A DNA stretch of 64,000 bases from an uncultured Thermodesulfobacteriota bacterium (GTDB lineage Bacteria; Desulfobacterota; WTBG01): assembly GCA_964580455.1 (NCBI GenBank), contig CAZOKO010000001.1, positions 2,992-66,991 on the forward strand, in the 5' to 3' direction. This document shows positions 19,809 through 30,651 of the stretch, in pieces. Both the position numbers and the translations under genes were made by a program. How positions within the stretch are numbered: position 1 is the stretch's first letter; every line of letters begins with the position of its first letter. The notes under the pieces were generated by a model. It saw only the letters and a list, made by a program, of their open reading frames with translations, was not told the DNA's origin and did no database searches.

Positions 19809-20720
19809 TTACGGCACCCACCTCATCTTATCCTTAAAAAGCTTAAAATATAAATAAGCAGTATCCCCTTGAAAAATATATAATATAATTTTAATGATTC
19901 GGATAAAATTCCAGACAAACCTACCATGCAGCAAATTGTGTTTTAAATTATACTTCTTTATAAGTATATTAAACTCTTTCTTTGCCACATTCCGTATAGT
20001 AGAAGTTTTAGAACTGCTATGCACTCTAAATGCCGCCAAATATTCTCTTATAAACTTAAATCTCACCTTATGCAAGGCAAACTTTATAAACAGATCATTA
20101 TCCATACAGAATTTTAAAGAGGTATCTAATCCTCCAACTTTCTCATAGGCTTCACGTCTCCAAAATGACGCTGGCTGATAAATACCAAACCCTCCATAAA
20201 GAGAACCTAACCTTACTATAGATGTGGTACAATGAGTTAATCTCCTTTCGGAAATCAACACATCTCTTCCATCAATTATATATTTGTTACCATAGACAAC
20301 CTCTGCCTCTTTCTCATCTCTAAAAACCTCTTCTACTTTATATAAAGTACCCGACAAATATATATCATCGCTATTAAGCCATGCTAAAATTCCTCCTGTA
20401 CTCCTTTGAAATCCTTTATTTATAGCATCGCTTTGCCCGTTGTCCTTTTCACTCACCCAAAAAGCCAAATATCTCTCATATTTTTTTATTATCTCTACAC
20501 TCCCATCTGTTGAACCACCATCTATTATGATAAATTCAAGATTTGGATAATTCTGATTCAATACAGAAAGAATCGTCCTTTCTAAAAACTCCCCCTGATT
20601 GAAAGAGGGAGTAACAATAGAAATCCTCGGCCAAGAATGGTCTCTATTTAAAAGGTCCTTTTTATTAAAAAGTGGCTTTGATACAAATCCTCTTATTTCT
20701 TCAGAAGTAAGTGTTCTCAC
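19809..20720 (-). CDS. Glycosyltransferase family 2
   Basis: ISIVTPSFNQ, IDGGSTDGS, WLNSDD. Confidence 0.9.
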   Translation of the reverse strand: MRTLTSEEIRGFVSKPLFNKKDLLNRDHSWPRISIVTPSFNQGEFLERTILSVLNQNYPNLEFIIIDGGSTDGSVEIIKKYERYLAFWVSEKDNGQSDAINKGFQRSTGGILAWLNSDDIYLSGTLYKVEEVFRDEKEAEVVYGNKYIIDGRDVLISERRLTHCTTSIVRLGSLYGGFGIYQPASFWRREAYEKVGGLDTSLKFCMDNDLFIKFALHKVRFKFIREYLAAFRVHSSSKTSTIRNVAKKEFNILIKKYNLKHNLLHGRFVWNFIRIIKIILYIFQGDTAYLYFKLFKDKMRWVP

Positions 20721-20850
20721 CTATCTATTCCTGTCAATTACCCACTAAACAAGCTTCACTCATTGATCTGTGCAATCTACTGGTAGTGCCGACTCTGATG
20801 CATGTAAATAACTGCCCCTTGCAGCAGCATCCACCCGCATTAAAAAACCA

Positions 20851-21804
20851 CTATTGTAGGTATTTTTTGAGCTTCCTTAACCACCCGACCATAGTATTGG
20901 GCATAATCAAACTCATTACCAGGTTGACTAGATTCCCTGTATCACGCCATGATAAGAAGTGAGTAGAAGCTTTGAACATTGACCAGGCACCTCTCACGTC
21001 TCCACTCTGAGCCAATAAAATAGCATTACCAAGTATCTTATCAGAGAAGTAGCGTTTCCAAAAAATACGTCCTCCCTTCTCTCCATACCACCCATAAACT
21101 TTTTTCTCCCACTTTCTGTTAAAGATCCTGAAGGCCTCAATACGTTTACAGGCATCTGTCATCATCCTTGGTCTATCGTCCTCATAAATAATAACACATG
21201 CTTCCCTTAATACCCTTGCATTATAATTCATATCCGCCATTTTCATCCAGATATCATGCTCATTATGCGCAGGCAAATCTAAATCATATCCACCCATCTC
21301 TTCGAAACAGGTTCTTCTGAAAAGATGAGATGATGGTACAGTACTTAATCCACTATTCAAAATACCGTTTCTGATATTACCATCAAGTTTAGGCATGTTT
21401 ATCAAGGGTATCCTGTTACTGTCCACAAAGATTTTCGCTCCACAAGTAATTACCGCACAATCCGGTCCTAATCTCTGAGCTAACTGTACTTGTTTTTCAA
21501 TCTTCTCTGTCTCCCATTGATCGTCATCATCTAAAAATGCTATGTACTCTCCCTTTGCATTTTTGTTACCTGTCATTCTCGCTGTTACACCACCTTTGTT
21601 TTTGTTGTGTCGCACGTATAGTAACCTATTGCCAAAGTTCCTCACCAATGCTTCTGTTGCGTCATCTGAAAAATCATCTACAACAATGAGCTCAATATTC
21701 TGATAAGTTTGATTGAGGACACTTTCTATGGCACGGGGAACCAATGCACATCGGTTACGCGTCGTGATCACCACACTTGCTAATCCTTTAACGAAATTCT
21801 CCAT
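20851..21804 (-). CDS. Glycosyltransferase family 2
   Basis: SVVITTRNR, VVDDFS, AFLDDDD. Confidence 0.9.
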   Translation of the reverse strand: MENFVKGLASVVITTRNRCALVPRAIESVLNQTYQNIELIVVDDFSDDATEALVRNFGNRLLYVRHNKNKGGVTARMTGNKNAKGEYIAFLDDDDQWETEKIEKQVQLAQRLGPDCAVITCGAKIFVDSNRIPLINMPKLDGNIRNGILNSGLSTVPSSHLFRRTCFEEMGGYDLDLPAHNEHDIWMKMADMNYNARVLREACVIIYEDDRPRMMTDACKRIEAFRIFNRKWEKKVYGWYGEKGGRIFWKRYFSDKILGNAILLAQSGDVRGAWSMFKASTHFLSWRDTGNLVNLVMSLIMPNTMVGWLRKLKKYLQ

Positions 21805-21805
21805 T

Positions 21806-22918
21806 TTACTTTTTCTCAAAAGCGTTTACCATTGCAACAACTTTTTGGATTTCGACATCTGTTAAAAAAGGATGTATTGGCAGTGATATTACTTCATTCG
21901 AAAAAGCAATAGCATTCCTGTAGTGACCATCATCATAACTACCACTGCTAAAACACGGCTGTCTGTGTAAAGGAGTTGCATAGTGAACCATCGTTTGAAC
22001 ATTATTTTGGGAAAGAAAGGACCTAAGATCATTGCGATATTTTGATCTTATGACAAACTTATGATATACATGGCAACTGCCCTCTTGTTCATACGGTAAA
22101 ATGCAGGCATTACTGATGTTATTGCGGTAGTAGTCTGCAATTTCTCTTCGACGGGTCAGCCACTCTTCATTCAGCCCCAGTTTATAATTTAAAATTGCGG
22201 CTGTTAAACTTGGCATTTGTGAATTGTAGCCAAGGCACACAAAGTCGCCACCATCCCTGCCGTGATAACGCACCTGTGCAATCTTCTCAGCTAACTCCTG
22301 ATTGTCAGTTAACACCATCCCTCCACTTCCCGGAGCACCAATTACCTTTGTCGGATCGAAGCTCACACAACTTAACAGACCGAGTGATCCGGCTTTTCTC
22401 CCCCCATAACTTGCACCAAATGCCTGTGCAGCATCTTCAATAAGAATAAGATCATGGGAATTGGAAAAATACTCTATATCCTCAGGACTTCCCATTTTCC
22501 CAAAAAGGTGAACAAATATAATAGCTTTCGTCTTAGCTGAGACTAGCGAATCTGCGTTCTTCAAGTCCATATTGTATGATTCATCTATATCTACAAAAAT
22601 CGGCTTTGCACCAATCCTGAGAATACAAGACGCTGAGGCTATAAAGGAATAATCCGTAACAAGAACCTCATCTCCAGCCTCAACACCCGCACTCAGGAGA
22701 GAAAAATATAGTGCATCAGTACAGGAATTGACTGCAATAGCATACGTGCGATCACAGAAAATGGCGGTATTCCGTTCAAATTGTGATACTTCTTCCCCCT
22801 GTAAAACCTTGCCATGTGAAAGCACCGCATACACAATGCTCATGTATTCTTCTTGCAGAATCTGGAAATCTCTGTCTAATCCAAAAAACGGTATTGTATA
22901 GTCGATTATTTGTGAAAT
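21806..22918 (-). CDS. DegT/DnrJ/EryC1/StrS sugar aminotransferase
   Basis: NSCTDAL, EDAAQAFG, SFDPTK, GYNS, SLPIHP; start extended to a candidate ATT at 22918 (first ATG is 22843). Confidence 0.88.
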   Translation of the reverse strand: MSQIIDYTIPFFGLDRDFQILQEEYMSIVYAVLSHGKVLQGEEVSQFERNTAIFCDRTYAIAVNSCTDALYFSLLSAGVEAGDEVLVTDYSFIASASCILRIGAKPIFVDIDESYNMDLKNADSLVSAKTKAIIFVHLFGKMGSPEDIEYFSNSHDLILIEDAAQAFGASYGGRKAGSLGLLSCVSFDPTKVIGAPGSGGMVLTDNQELAEKIAQVRYHGRDGGDFVCLGYNSQMPSLTAAILNYKLGLNEEWLTRRREIADYYRNNISNACILPYEQEGSCHVYHKFVIRSKYRNDLRSFLSQNNVQTMVHYATPLHRQPCFSSGSYDDGHYRNAIAFSNEVISLPIHPFLTDVEIQKVVAMVNAFEKK

Positions 22919-22931
22919 AGCACTACCTCCT

Positions 22932-23573
22932 CTATTTGTTCATGCGAATAAGCTTGGCGGGAACTCCAGCCACTACTTCGTGATCCTTAACATCCTCCGT
23001 AACAACCGCTCCCGCAGCAACAACACAATTGCTGCCGATGGTGATCTTCGGTATTACAGTAGCTCCGGTATAAATATAGGTTTTTTCTCCCACTATCACG
23101 GTACCACCTAAGGAAACACCTGGTGCTATATTACAATAATCCCCTATCTGATTGTCATGCTCAATAACTGATTGTGGATGGATAATTACATGATTGCCAA
23201 CAATAGCATTGGGCTGCAGTGTCGCATGAGGACTAATTATACACCCCCCACCTATCTTACAAAAGGGCGATATTACAGCCCTTGAACTAATACTGTTACC
23301 AAATGAAAATCCATAGTTTGATAACAATTTAACCGCCTTACTCTTTTTCTCCATATCTCCATGTGCTACAATTATCTTTATCTCACTGGTTGAAAATCGT
23401 TTAGTTACTTCTTCAATTCCACATAAAACTTCTACACCGTTTATGTTCGTACCAATCATCAGGCCGGTCTCCATATCAACCGCCCCGATAATATCGTAAT
23501 TCTTATCAATACAAACACTATCTATTACATAACGAGCCTGAGAACCACACCCAATGATCAGAAGTCTGTGCAT
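22932..23573 (-). CDS. PglD/NeuD-family sugar acetyltransferase
   Basis: N-terminal IIGCGSQA, IEHDN, hexapeptide repeats, GVPAK. Confidence 0.9.
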   Translation of the reverse strand: MHRLLIIGCGSQARYVIDSVCIDKNYDIIGAVDMETGLMIGTNINGVEVLCGIEEVTKRFSTSEIKIIVAHGDMEKKSKAVKLLSNYGFSFGNSISSRAVISPFCKIGGGCIISPHATLQPNAIVGNHVIIHPQSVIEHDNQIGDYCNIAPGVSLGGTVIVGEKTYIYTGATVIPKITIGSNCVVAAGAVVTEDVKDHEVVAGVPAKLIRMNK

Positions 23574-23581
23574 GTTTTCTC

Positions 23582-24562
23582 CTAACCTTTAGTTATTCGA
23601 AAAGCCTCTTCCAGGTATTCAGCATATTTTACTATCCCCTCCTCGAGATCGTGCGTAGGTAAATATCCCAAAAGAGTCTTAGCCTTTTCAATATCCAACG
23701 CTCCCCTATCAGGACGAAAGCTGTCACCTTCAACATAGTCAATCTCACTATTGGGATACACTGCCATGATAACCTCCAGCAGTTCTTTAAGGGTTCTGCC
23801 CCTTCCCCTGGTTATATTAAAAACCTGGTTGTGGGCTTTCTCCGAAAAGGTAACCAACTTTATCCCTTTGGCTACATCTTCGACAAAGGAAAAATCCAGA
23901 ACTGTCTGTTCTGCGTTCTTTGCTCTAATCTTCTCCCCTTTTACCGCATTGGTCAGAAAAATTCCAACCACTCTTCTATTGTTGTCAGTAGGACCATATA
24001 TTGCGGATGGCCTCACAATTGAATAAGGCATGTCATACCGCTGAGAATACACTTTCACCATATATTCTCCCGCCAGTTTCATTCCTCCATAAATCTCTTT
24101 AGGTTCTTTTGCACAATCTTCCGGTATCGGGACTTTTTTGAAATCTCCATACACCATACTTGAAGAGATGTACACGAATCTGGAAAGATAATTTCCATCA
24201 CGCAAAACCTCTAGAAGGTTTACCGTACCCCCCACGATAGTGCCAAACGCTTCCTCACTATACTCTATAGCCATATTCGCCAAAGGTAAAGCCGCGAAAT
24301 GAACCACAAGCTCCGGCTTTATACTTGAGAACTTTCTTCTCAACTCATCTTTGTTATTGGTATTGCACCTTACTACCTCAGCATTATTTATAAGCTTTTC
24401 AAACCTGTAATTAATATTATACGCATAGAGAGGTTTGATAGGAGGGAGTATATATTGATTAAACGCATCTAATACAAAAACATCATGGCCCTCTTCCGTA
24501 AGTATTTTTACCAGATGTGAACCAACAAAACCTGCTCCTCCGGTAACTACTACTCTGGACAT
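23582..24562 (-). CDS. NAD-dependent epimerase/dehydratase
   Basis: TGGAGFVG, SSSMVYG, YGGMK. Confidence 0.9.
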   Translation of the reverse strand: MSRVVVTGGAGFVGSHLVKILTEEGHDVFVLDAFNQYILPPIKPLYAYNINYRFEKLINNAEVVRCNTNNKDELRRKFSSIKPELVVHFAALPLANMAIEYSEEAFGTIVGGTVNLLEVLRDGNYLSRFVYISSSMVYGDFKKVPIPEDCAKEPKEIYGGMKLAGEYMVKVYSQRYDMPYSIVRPSAIYGPTDNNRRVVGIFLTNAVKGEKIRAKNAEQTVLDFSFVEDVAKGIKLVTFSEKAHNQVFNITRGRGRTLKELLEVIMAVYPNSEIDYVEGDSFRPDRGALDIEKAKTLLGYLPTHDLEEGIVKYAEYLEEAFRITKG

Positions 24563-24564
24563 TC

Positions 24565-25473
24565 TTACCCCCTTTGTAGAAGTTTATTGATAAATTTAAA
24601 CCACTTATCTATTCTTATATTTAACAATGATATAATTCTTAACGCACAACGCAAAGCACTTTTGCCCTCATTTAATTTTACATATGCTCTTATCATATCA
24701 TATAATATTTTCGACTCAGCCTCAGGATATGGCTTAAAATCTTCCCGGAATTTAGACAATCTCATCATGGCTGATTTTATATGATTTCTCAAACTCTCTT
24801 TTGAATTAACGCCTATTCTGTCTAAGTGTCCTATATGTACCTTGCACAGTATCTCGGAAACGTAATCCACCTCAAAATGCTTCGCAATTCTCCGGATAAA
24901 GTCTCCATCATTACCCCTGGGAAGTTCTTCGTCGAAGTATCCGACCTTGTTAATTACCTCTCGTTTTATGATAATGGTAGGACATCCACCAATTGCCTGT
25001 CTGTCTAGCATTTCAACAAAAACATTTCCGCGAAGCTTCGGAGCGCACACGTTAATAGACTTTCCATTATGGAAATATTCCATCCACGCATACACTAGCC
25101 CCGTTTCCGGTGAAGAGTTTTCAATAATTGGCATCTGCACTTCCAGTTTATTGACCGTCCATTCATCATCGTCATCTAAAAAAGCAATGTATTCCCCCTT
25201 GCTAGCCTTTATTCCAGTATTTCTTGCCGCTGATGCTCCTTTTGATGTGTCGTGCTTGAAAAAACGAATCCGAGGGTCATCATATGAGGCAATGACTTCA
25301 TCGGTGTTGTCGGTTGAGCCGTCTGAAACAATGATCAGTTCAAAATCTTCGTAGTTCTGCCTCAGGACACTGTCGACAGCACGGTGAAGCATTTCCTCCC
25401 GATTGTGAGTCGGGATTATAACACTGACATGAGGCAAAGTATTTGCATTTGAAGTTTTTGAATCATTCCTCAT
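24565..25473 (-). CDS. Glycosyltransferase family 2
   Basis: VSVIIPTHNR, ARNTGI, AFLDDDD; ATG overlaps the upstream stop. Confidence 0.9.
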   Translation of the reverse strand: MRNDSKTSNANTLPHVSVIIPTHNREEMLHRAVDSVLRQNYEDFELIIVSDGSTDNTDEVIASYDDPRIRFFKHDTSKGASAARNTGIKASKGEYIAFLDDDDEWTVNKLEVQMPIIENSSPETGLVYAWMEYFHNGKSINVCAPKLRGNVFVEMLDRQAIGGCPTIIIKREVINKVGYFDEELPRGNDGDFIRRIAKHFEVDYVSEILCKVHIGHLDRIGVNSKESLRNHIKSAMMRLSKFREDFKPYPEAESKILYDMIRAYVKLNEGKSALRCALRIISLLNIRIDKWFKFINKLLQRG

Positions 25474-26321
25474 AGAATACGCCTGAATAGATTTACACAC
25501 TGCAGATAGTTGGCTAGGAATAATAAATGAATTTTCTTCAGAAATGTAAGGTCTTTTGCCTTAAGGCAATCAAGTTGTGGTAGCCAATTTCTCCACGAAA
25601 TGCGACCGTGAGCTAGCAAACCTAACTGCTCAAGTTTTTTCTGTCCGATAGCGATCCGTTTTGATTTCTTACGGATTTTACTGAATGTTGAACGGGCTGG
25701 ATGCTTTACGATGGCGTCTGGAATGTAAATGAGTTTTTCGTTTTTCTGGGTGAGGCGCCGTCCAAACTCATAGTCACCTCCGGATATCAAGTCGTTGCGA
25801 AATAGACCGTACGTCTCGAAAAGACGACGTGTAGAAAAAAAATTGGCGGTCGCACCAAATCCAGCGCTTTGCACAAAAGCTTTTTGATTCAATTTTCGTT
25901 TCGAATCGAAATATTCGTACACATTAGGCTGGTCACTTTCAAAAAAAAAGGAGATGTGTCCCGCGCCGCATGTCGCGTTCTCCCGTTTAAGTGCTCGCAA
26001 CCCAGCCTCTATCCATTGTGGTTCAGGAACACAGTCAGAATCTGTAAAAGCCAATATTTTACCTTTAGCTACTTGTATTCCCTTATTTCGTGCGGCATAT
26101 GAACTCTGAATCTCATCTTCGATTACCATGTGAATGAACTGACGATAATTGCGGCAGTACCACTTAACTGTGTTTTGCGTATCATCATTGGAACCGTTAT
26201 CAGCAACAATGACTTCAAAATTATTTTTAGAATACGTCTGATGAAGCAATGCCTCAAGACACACATTGATATTTTGCGCGTCATTGTAAACCGGAACGAT
26301 GATCGATGCAACAAGAGACAT
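25470..26321 (-). CDS. Glycosyltransferase family 2
   Basis: SIIVPVYN, DNGSND, ARNKG, FTDSDC. Confidence 0.9.
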   Translation of the reverse strand: MSLVASIIVPVYNDAQNINVCLEALLHQTYSKNNFEVIVADNGSNDDTQNTVKWYCRNYRQFIHMVIEDEIQSSYAARNKGIQVAKGKILAFTDSDCVPEPQWIEAGLRALKRENATCGAGHISFFFESDQPNVYEYFDSKRKLNQKAFVQSAGFGATANFFSTRRLFETYGLFRNDLISGGDYEFGRRLTQKNEKLIYIPDAIVKHPARSTFSKIRKKSKRIAIGQKKLEQLGLLAHGRISWRNWLPQLDCLKAKDLTFLKKIHLLFLANYLQCVNLFRRIL

Positions 26322-26343
26322 GAAATATAACACCTCATTACAA

Positions 26344-27513
26344 TTAAATATTCATCTCTATCTTCTCCAGGAAATCCAAGGGAAGTCTTGTAATTTCGTA
26401 GATACGAGCCGTGTGTGTCACAGGGTCTTCATTATTTCTGCTCATCATATAAGTATTTTTATCAAAACAATACTCAAATTGCTTAGAAATCCAGTACCGG
26501 GCATCTTCAACATTCTGTCCTTTTTCTCCATCCAGCAGCACATACTTTGAAAACGGCACCTCGAATCCCGGAGGATTATAGGGAAATCCGAATTTGTTGT
26601 CGTTTAAACCATTTATATATTCTTCGGACTCAAGGAAATCTATACATTTTTTGAAAGAATCTGACTGCCAGAACGGGTGCTCAGGAATCTGTTCTTTTAA
26701 TATGCCAAAGGCATAGGTGTTAAAAGCATGATAGCCTATAGATTTATACACCATCTTCTTGTGTTTTTTTTTCTCCTGTTGTTCACCTGTCAAATAGCTA
26801 TCTGAAAAAAACACCTTCCTAAAAATTGTATTCGCGTTTTTGATAAACCGCTTTATATTTGCTTCGAGATTGTATTCTTTTCCTTGTTGACCATCAATAA
26901 GATGATCAATAGGATGATAAATCAATCCGTTATCCATAACTGCGAGGTTGCGGCTCAGGCAATCCATAAAACGGTTGATTCTTTGAATGATGGTACTTCT
27001 TTGCTGTCCCTTATGTAGCGAAGCACAGGCTGCAAACCAGAGTTGATGATTAAAAGTTGCGTCAAATCTGAAGATCTCGCCATCAATTTCGAGCCTGTTC
27101 CACAGCCCAAAGTCGCTATTAAAAGGATGTTGGAAAAAGACCTGCTCGGCCAACTCTGAATATTTCTCGTGCCCCAGGCAAGCCGCCGCCTTCGCCAACG
27201 CTTCGAAAGTCCACGCCTGGCCGATCAGACCATTGCACTTGTCCTTTCCCGTCTTGTTTCGATGATGAAAAGAATAACCGTGGGGCCGAGCTTCTTCGGA
27301 GCAAATATACGCTACGAGATCTCGTACAGTGTCACAGTACTTGATTTGGCCCGTCCATTCAAAAACGTTTGCGAAGGTAATCAACCAGTGAGCCCGATTG
27401 CGGACGGGCGTTTCGGGGTCATGGTAGGGCCCGTTATGTCCCGCGCGAATGAACTCGTTCGGATTCTCCAGTGCCTTGTCGGCTATCTGTACAAGTATAT
27501 CAGCAATATACAT
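26344..27513 (-). CDS. AglQ-like protein
   Basis: AGHNGPYHDPETPVRN, EEARPHG, KDKCNGLIGQAW, TFNHQLWFAA match my recollection of Haloferax AglQ. Confidence 0.75.
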   Translation of the reverse strand: MYIADILVQIADKALENPNEFIRAGHNGPYHDPETPVRNRAHWLITFANVFEWTGQIKYCDTVRDLVAYICSEEARPHGYSFHHRNKTGKDKCNGLIGQAWTFEALAKAAACLGHEKYSELAEQVFFQHPFNSDFGLWNRLEIDGEIFRFDATFNHQLWFAACASLHKGQQRSTIIQRINRFMDCLSRNLAVMDNGLIYHPIDHLIDGQQGKEYNLEANIKRFIKNANTIFRKVFFSDSYLTGEQQEKKKHKKMVYKSIGYHAFNTYAFGILKEQIPEHPFWQSDSFKKCIDFLESEEYINGLNDNKFGFPYNPPGFEVPFSKYVLLDGEKGQNVEDARYWISKQFEYCFDKNTYMMSRNNEDPVTHTARIYEITRLPLDFLEKIEMNI

Positions 27514-27637
27514 TTTTCAAATCTATCATTGCAGCTTTAATAGTGGCAAGGCCCTTAAATTTATACAGTAATCCCCAATTGTTAGCAGAAGAATCTGCTA
27601 CTCACTCTGGTGCAGCGTGGGAGTAGTAAGGGTTTAC

Positions 27638-28465
27638 CTATATGCGACGACAGACATGAATCTTTTCATGCTTATGAATGCCATAACGGGTGATGGTCTC
27701 ACTAGGCAACTTCGCTGCAAAATCATCCAGCACTACCTCAAAACCCGCCTTACGAAGAAGATTCACAAAATCAGGTCCGTAGCGACGAACATGGTCTGGA
27801 TGCCCAAAGTGCGCGGCACGTGTTTCTGGTGTCGTAATGGTCTTATCTTCTATGATTTGTTCTGCCCAAATTGGAACCTGAATAATAGCTCTTCCTGTTG
27901 GTCTTAAAATACGGCAAAGCTCTTGTGCTGCTTTGAAATCGTCCTGGATATGCTCAAGGACATGATAGCAAAGAATAAAATCAAGCGAAGCGTCATCAAA
28001 TTTCAAATCAGTGATATCCATTAAGTGCGTAGGGTTTCGGTGTGGGGTAATGTCAATCGATACGTAGTCGATATCCGCATCATGGAAAAAGGCATTATAA
28101 ATAAACCTATTTGGTGCAATATCTAATACTCGTGCGCCTGGCTTTAAAATGTTTGGTTTATCTTTTAAATAAAACCATAATAAACGGTGCCGCTCACCAG
28201 CGCCGCAATTGGGACACAAGGCGTTGGCGACACAGATCCAATCCATGGCCAATAAACGTTTTCCATCGTCACTTTGCCAAAATGGTCGGTCCAGAGCCCC
28301 GGAGGGACGGAAACGATCAAACGACATCCCACAAAACGGGCACTCCACGTTATCCCCGGCGTATATTTTAATTCGGCGCCGGCGTTGATATTCTCGCCGA
28401 GCCTTTTGGGTAGAATTCAACACTGGTTTTAAAACAAATTTGGCCAAATTTTTGGGTAATCCCAT
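27638..28465 (-). CDS. Class I SAM methyltransferase with N-terminal CxxC pair
   Basis: CPFC, CPNC, VLDIAP, HVLEH, FGHPDHVR. Confidence 0.85.
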   Translation of the reverse strand: MGLPKNLAKFVLKPVLNSTQKARREYQRRRRIKIYAGDNVECPFCGMSFDRFRPSGALDRPFWQSDDGKRLLAMDWICVANALCPNCGAGERHRLLWFYLKDKPNILKPGARVLDIAPNRFIYNAFFHDADIDYVSIDITPHRNPTHLMDITDLKFDDASLDFILCYHVLEHIQDDFKAAQELCRILRPTGRAIIQVPIWAEQIIEDKTITTPETRAAHFGHPDHVRRYGPDFVNLLRKAGFEVVLDDFAAKLPSETITRYGIHKHEKIHVCRRI

Positions 28466-28473
28466 ATCCCGTG

Positions 28474-30651
28474 CTACTCCCCGCAATGAGTAATTTGTCG
28501 CTCAACTTCTAACGCGATATGTGCGGCACATAGTTGATGTTGCAAGCTGATAGGCCATTGGCTCTCTGTTTTCACAGCTCGAGCAAAAGCGGCGATTTCA
28601 GCGAAGTGCCCTTTGTCACCTGAATATTTCTGTCGTTTGTTTTGTGGGCCGAAAAATTCTAATTCCTCATAATCGTTCATGACAAGCACAGATTCGTCAA
28701 GATATCCACGCATATGTTCTTTAGGATAGGTTTTATGTCCCAATGTTGTGTAGGTCAAAGTTGCCAGGGAACCATCAGTAAATGATATCGTCGCAGTAAA
28801 GTTTTCGTTCGGGCTATGATCATTACCTGAAACACCAGCGTGGCTCACGGTAATGCTTCGTGGAACACTATCGATTAAATATAAAAATAAATCATAAATA
28901 TGACAGGCCTCGCCAAGATTGCGTCCACCGCCTTCTTCTGTACGAAGCCAATGGTCAGGGGAGAGTGCTCCGGAGTTTACCTCATAATTAATAATAACGG
29001 GAGACTGACGTTCTTGTATGATCGATTTGGCATCAACCATGAGTTGAGAAAATCGCCGGTTATACCCCGTCATAAGCATGGGCTTGTTTTTGGTGTTATC
29101 CTGATAGAAGGCCTTAATTTGGTCCAATTCATCCATCGTCAAAGCCAATGGTTTTTCCACAAATACGTTCTTTCCGGTCTGGAGGGCCTTCAGGGTCATT
29201 TTGGCGTGTAAATTGTGGCGCGTGCCGATAATGATAGCATCCAGTTCTGCGTCTTGCAGCAACTCGTCGTACGAGGTGGTGGCATAGTCAGCGCCGTACT
29301 GTTCGGCCACTTGCATGGCAGTGGCCCCGGTGCGGCTCATCACCGCGGCCAGGCGCACCTCACCCTCCAAACTTTTGAGCGCGGGCAGATGGACCCGTTT
29401 GGTAAATCGGCCAGCACCGGCCATGGCCACCCGAATGATTCCCCCGGTTGCTTTTGGTCGGATCTGAACCAGGTCTACGCGGGTTCGCCTTTTCTCGGTC
29501 AGAAGTTTATCGTCAGGATATTTGATAAAGATGGCACAGGGTCTATCGGTGCCATCTTTTAGGCGTTGGTAGGCTTCAGGCGCGACATCCAGAGGGAACT
29601 CTTCAGTCATCAGGGCCAAGTCCAGCTTTTCTTCGGCCAGCAAGCGCAGATATTCCTCCATGTTGCGCTTTTCAGTCCAGCGGACGTAGGCGTAGGGGTA
29701 ATCCAGTCCTTTCTCCTCATAGCGCTCGTCGTAGCGCCCCGGCCCGTAGGAGATTGAAGCCAAGAAATCTATCTCCTTACGCAAAAAAGGATTCTTTTGA
29801 ATGTTCATAGGAACTAAGCCGACCACAACCACCCGACCCTTCTGGCGCGTGATCTCCATGGCTGTCTGCACAATCTCGTCGCTTTGAGAGGCCGCCGTGA
29901 TCAGGCAGACATCAACTCCCATGTGTTTGGTAAAGCGATTGACCGGCCATTGAACTTTATCAGGGTCAGCATACGCTTCGTCAATGTCCAGCTCCTTGGC
30001 TCGCTCGACCTGTGTCGGGTCTATGTCGAAGCCGATCACTCGGGCGCCAGATAACTTTAACAGTTGTACGCTGATTAGACCCACCAACCCCAGGCCAATG
30101 ACGGCCACTGATTCACCCAGATGAATTTCGGCCCGGCGCACGCCCTGCATAGCAACAGCCCCCACCGCTACCGAGGCCGCGTTCTTCATGTCGGCCTGCG
30201 GAGGGATCATGGTGACCAGATTCTCGGGGACGACGACGAGTTCAGAGTGAGTGGCTTTGTTTGCTCCGGCGCAGGCCACCCGGTCGCCCGGCTGAAATAG
30301 GGTCACCCCCGACCCGACCGCTACCACCCGGCCCGAACAGGAATAGCCGATGGAGACCATTGGCCTAGTGGATGAGTCCTTTGGCCCTAAGTAGTCGAAC
30401 ACAGTAGATACAGTTTTCTTAACCCCGTGATTGCGCAGGTAGTTGATCAGTTTGTTGATCAAGGCCGGATTCTGGGCCATACGTGTAACCAGACCGGGTG
30501 GCTGTGATCCCATTGCTTCCAGCGTGGCCATCTCCGTACCAGTGCTAATCAAAGAATACGCCACCTCAACCAATATGTGTCCAGGTTGAAGCAGCGGCGA
30601 TGGCACTTCAATAACTTTCGCACCATTCACGGTAGAGAAAACTTGCTTCAT
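28474..30651 (-). CDS. Bi-domain oxidoreductase (Zn-ADH-like plus Gfo/Idh/MocA)
   Basis: SLISTGTE, GYSCSG, GLGLVG, SYGPGRYD, FVEKP, GYNRRF, EACH. Confidence 0.9.
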   Translation of the reverse strand: MKQVFSTVNGAKVIEVPSPLLQPGHILVEVAYSLISTGTEMATLEAMGSQPPGLVTRMAQNPALINKLINYLRNHGVKKTVSTVFDYLGPKDSSTRPMVSIGYSCSGRVVAVGSGVTLFQPGDRVACAGANKATHSELVVVPENLVTMIPPQADMKNAASVAVGAVAMQGVRRAEIHLGESVAVIGLGLVGLISVQLLKLSGARVIGFDIDPTQVERAKELDIDEAYADPDKVQWPVNRFTKHMGVDVCLITAASQSDEIVQTAMEITRQKGRVVVVGLVPMNIQKNPFLRKEIDFLASISYGPGRYDERYEEKGLDYPYAYVRWTEKRNMEEYLRLLAEEKLDLALMTEEFPLDVAPEAYQRLKDGTDRPCAIFIKYPDDKLLTEKRRTRVDLVQIRPKATGGIIRVAMAGAGRFTKRVHLPALKSLEGEVRLAAVMSRTGATAMQVAEQYGADYATTSYDELLQDAELDAIIIGTRHNLHAKMTLKALQTGKNVFVEKPLALTMDELDQIKAFYQDNTKNKPMLMTGYNRRFSQLMVDAKSIIQERQSPVIINYEVNSGALSPDHWLRTEEGGGRNLGEACHIYDLFLYLIDSVPRSITVSHAGVSGNDHSPNENFTATISFTDGSLATLTYTTLGHKTYPKEHMRGYLDESVLVMNDYEELEFFGPQNKRQKYSGDKGHFAEIAAFARAVKTESQWPISLQHQLCAAHIALEVERQITHCGE

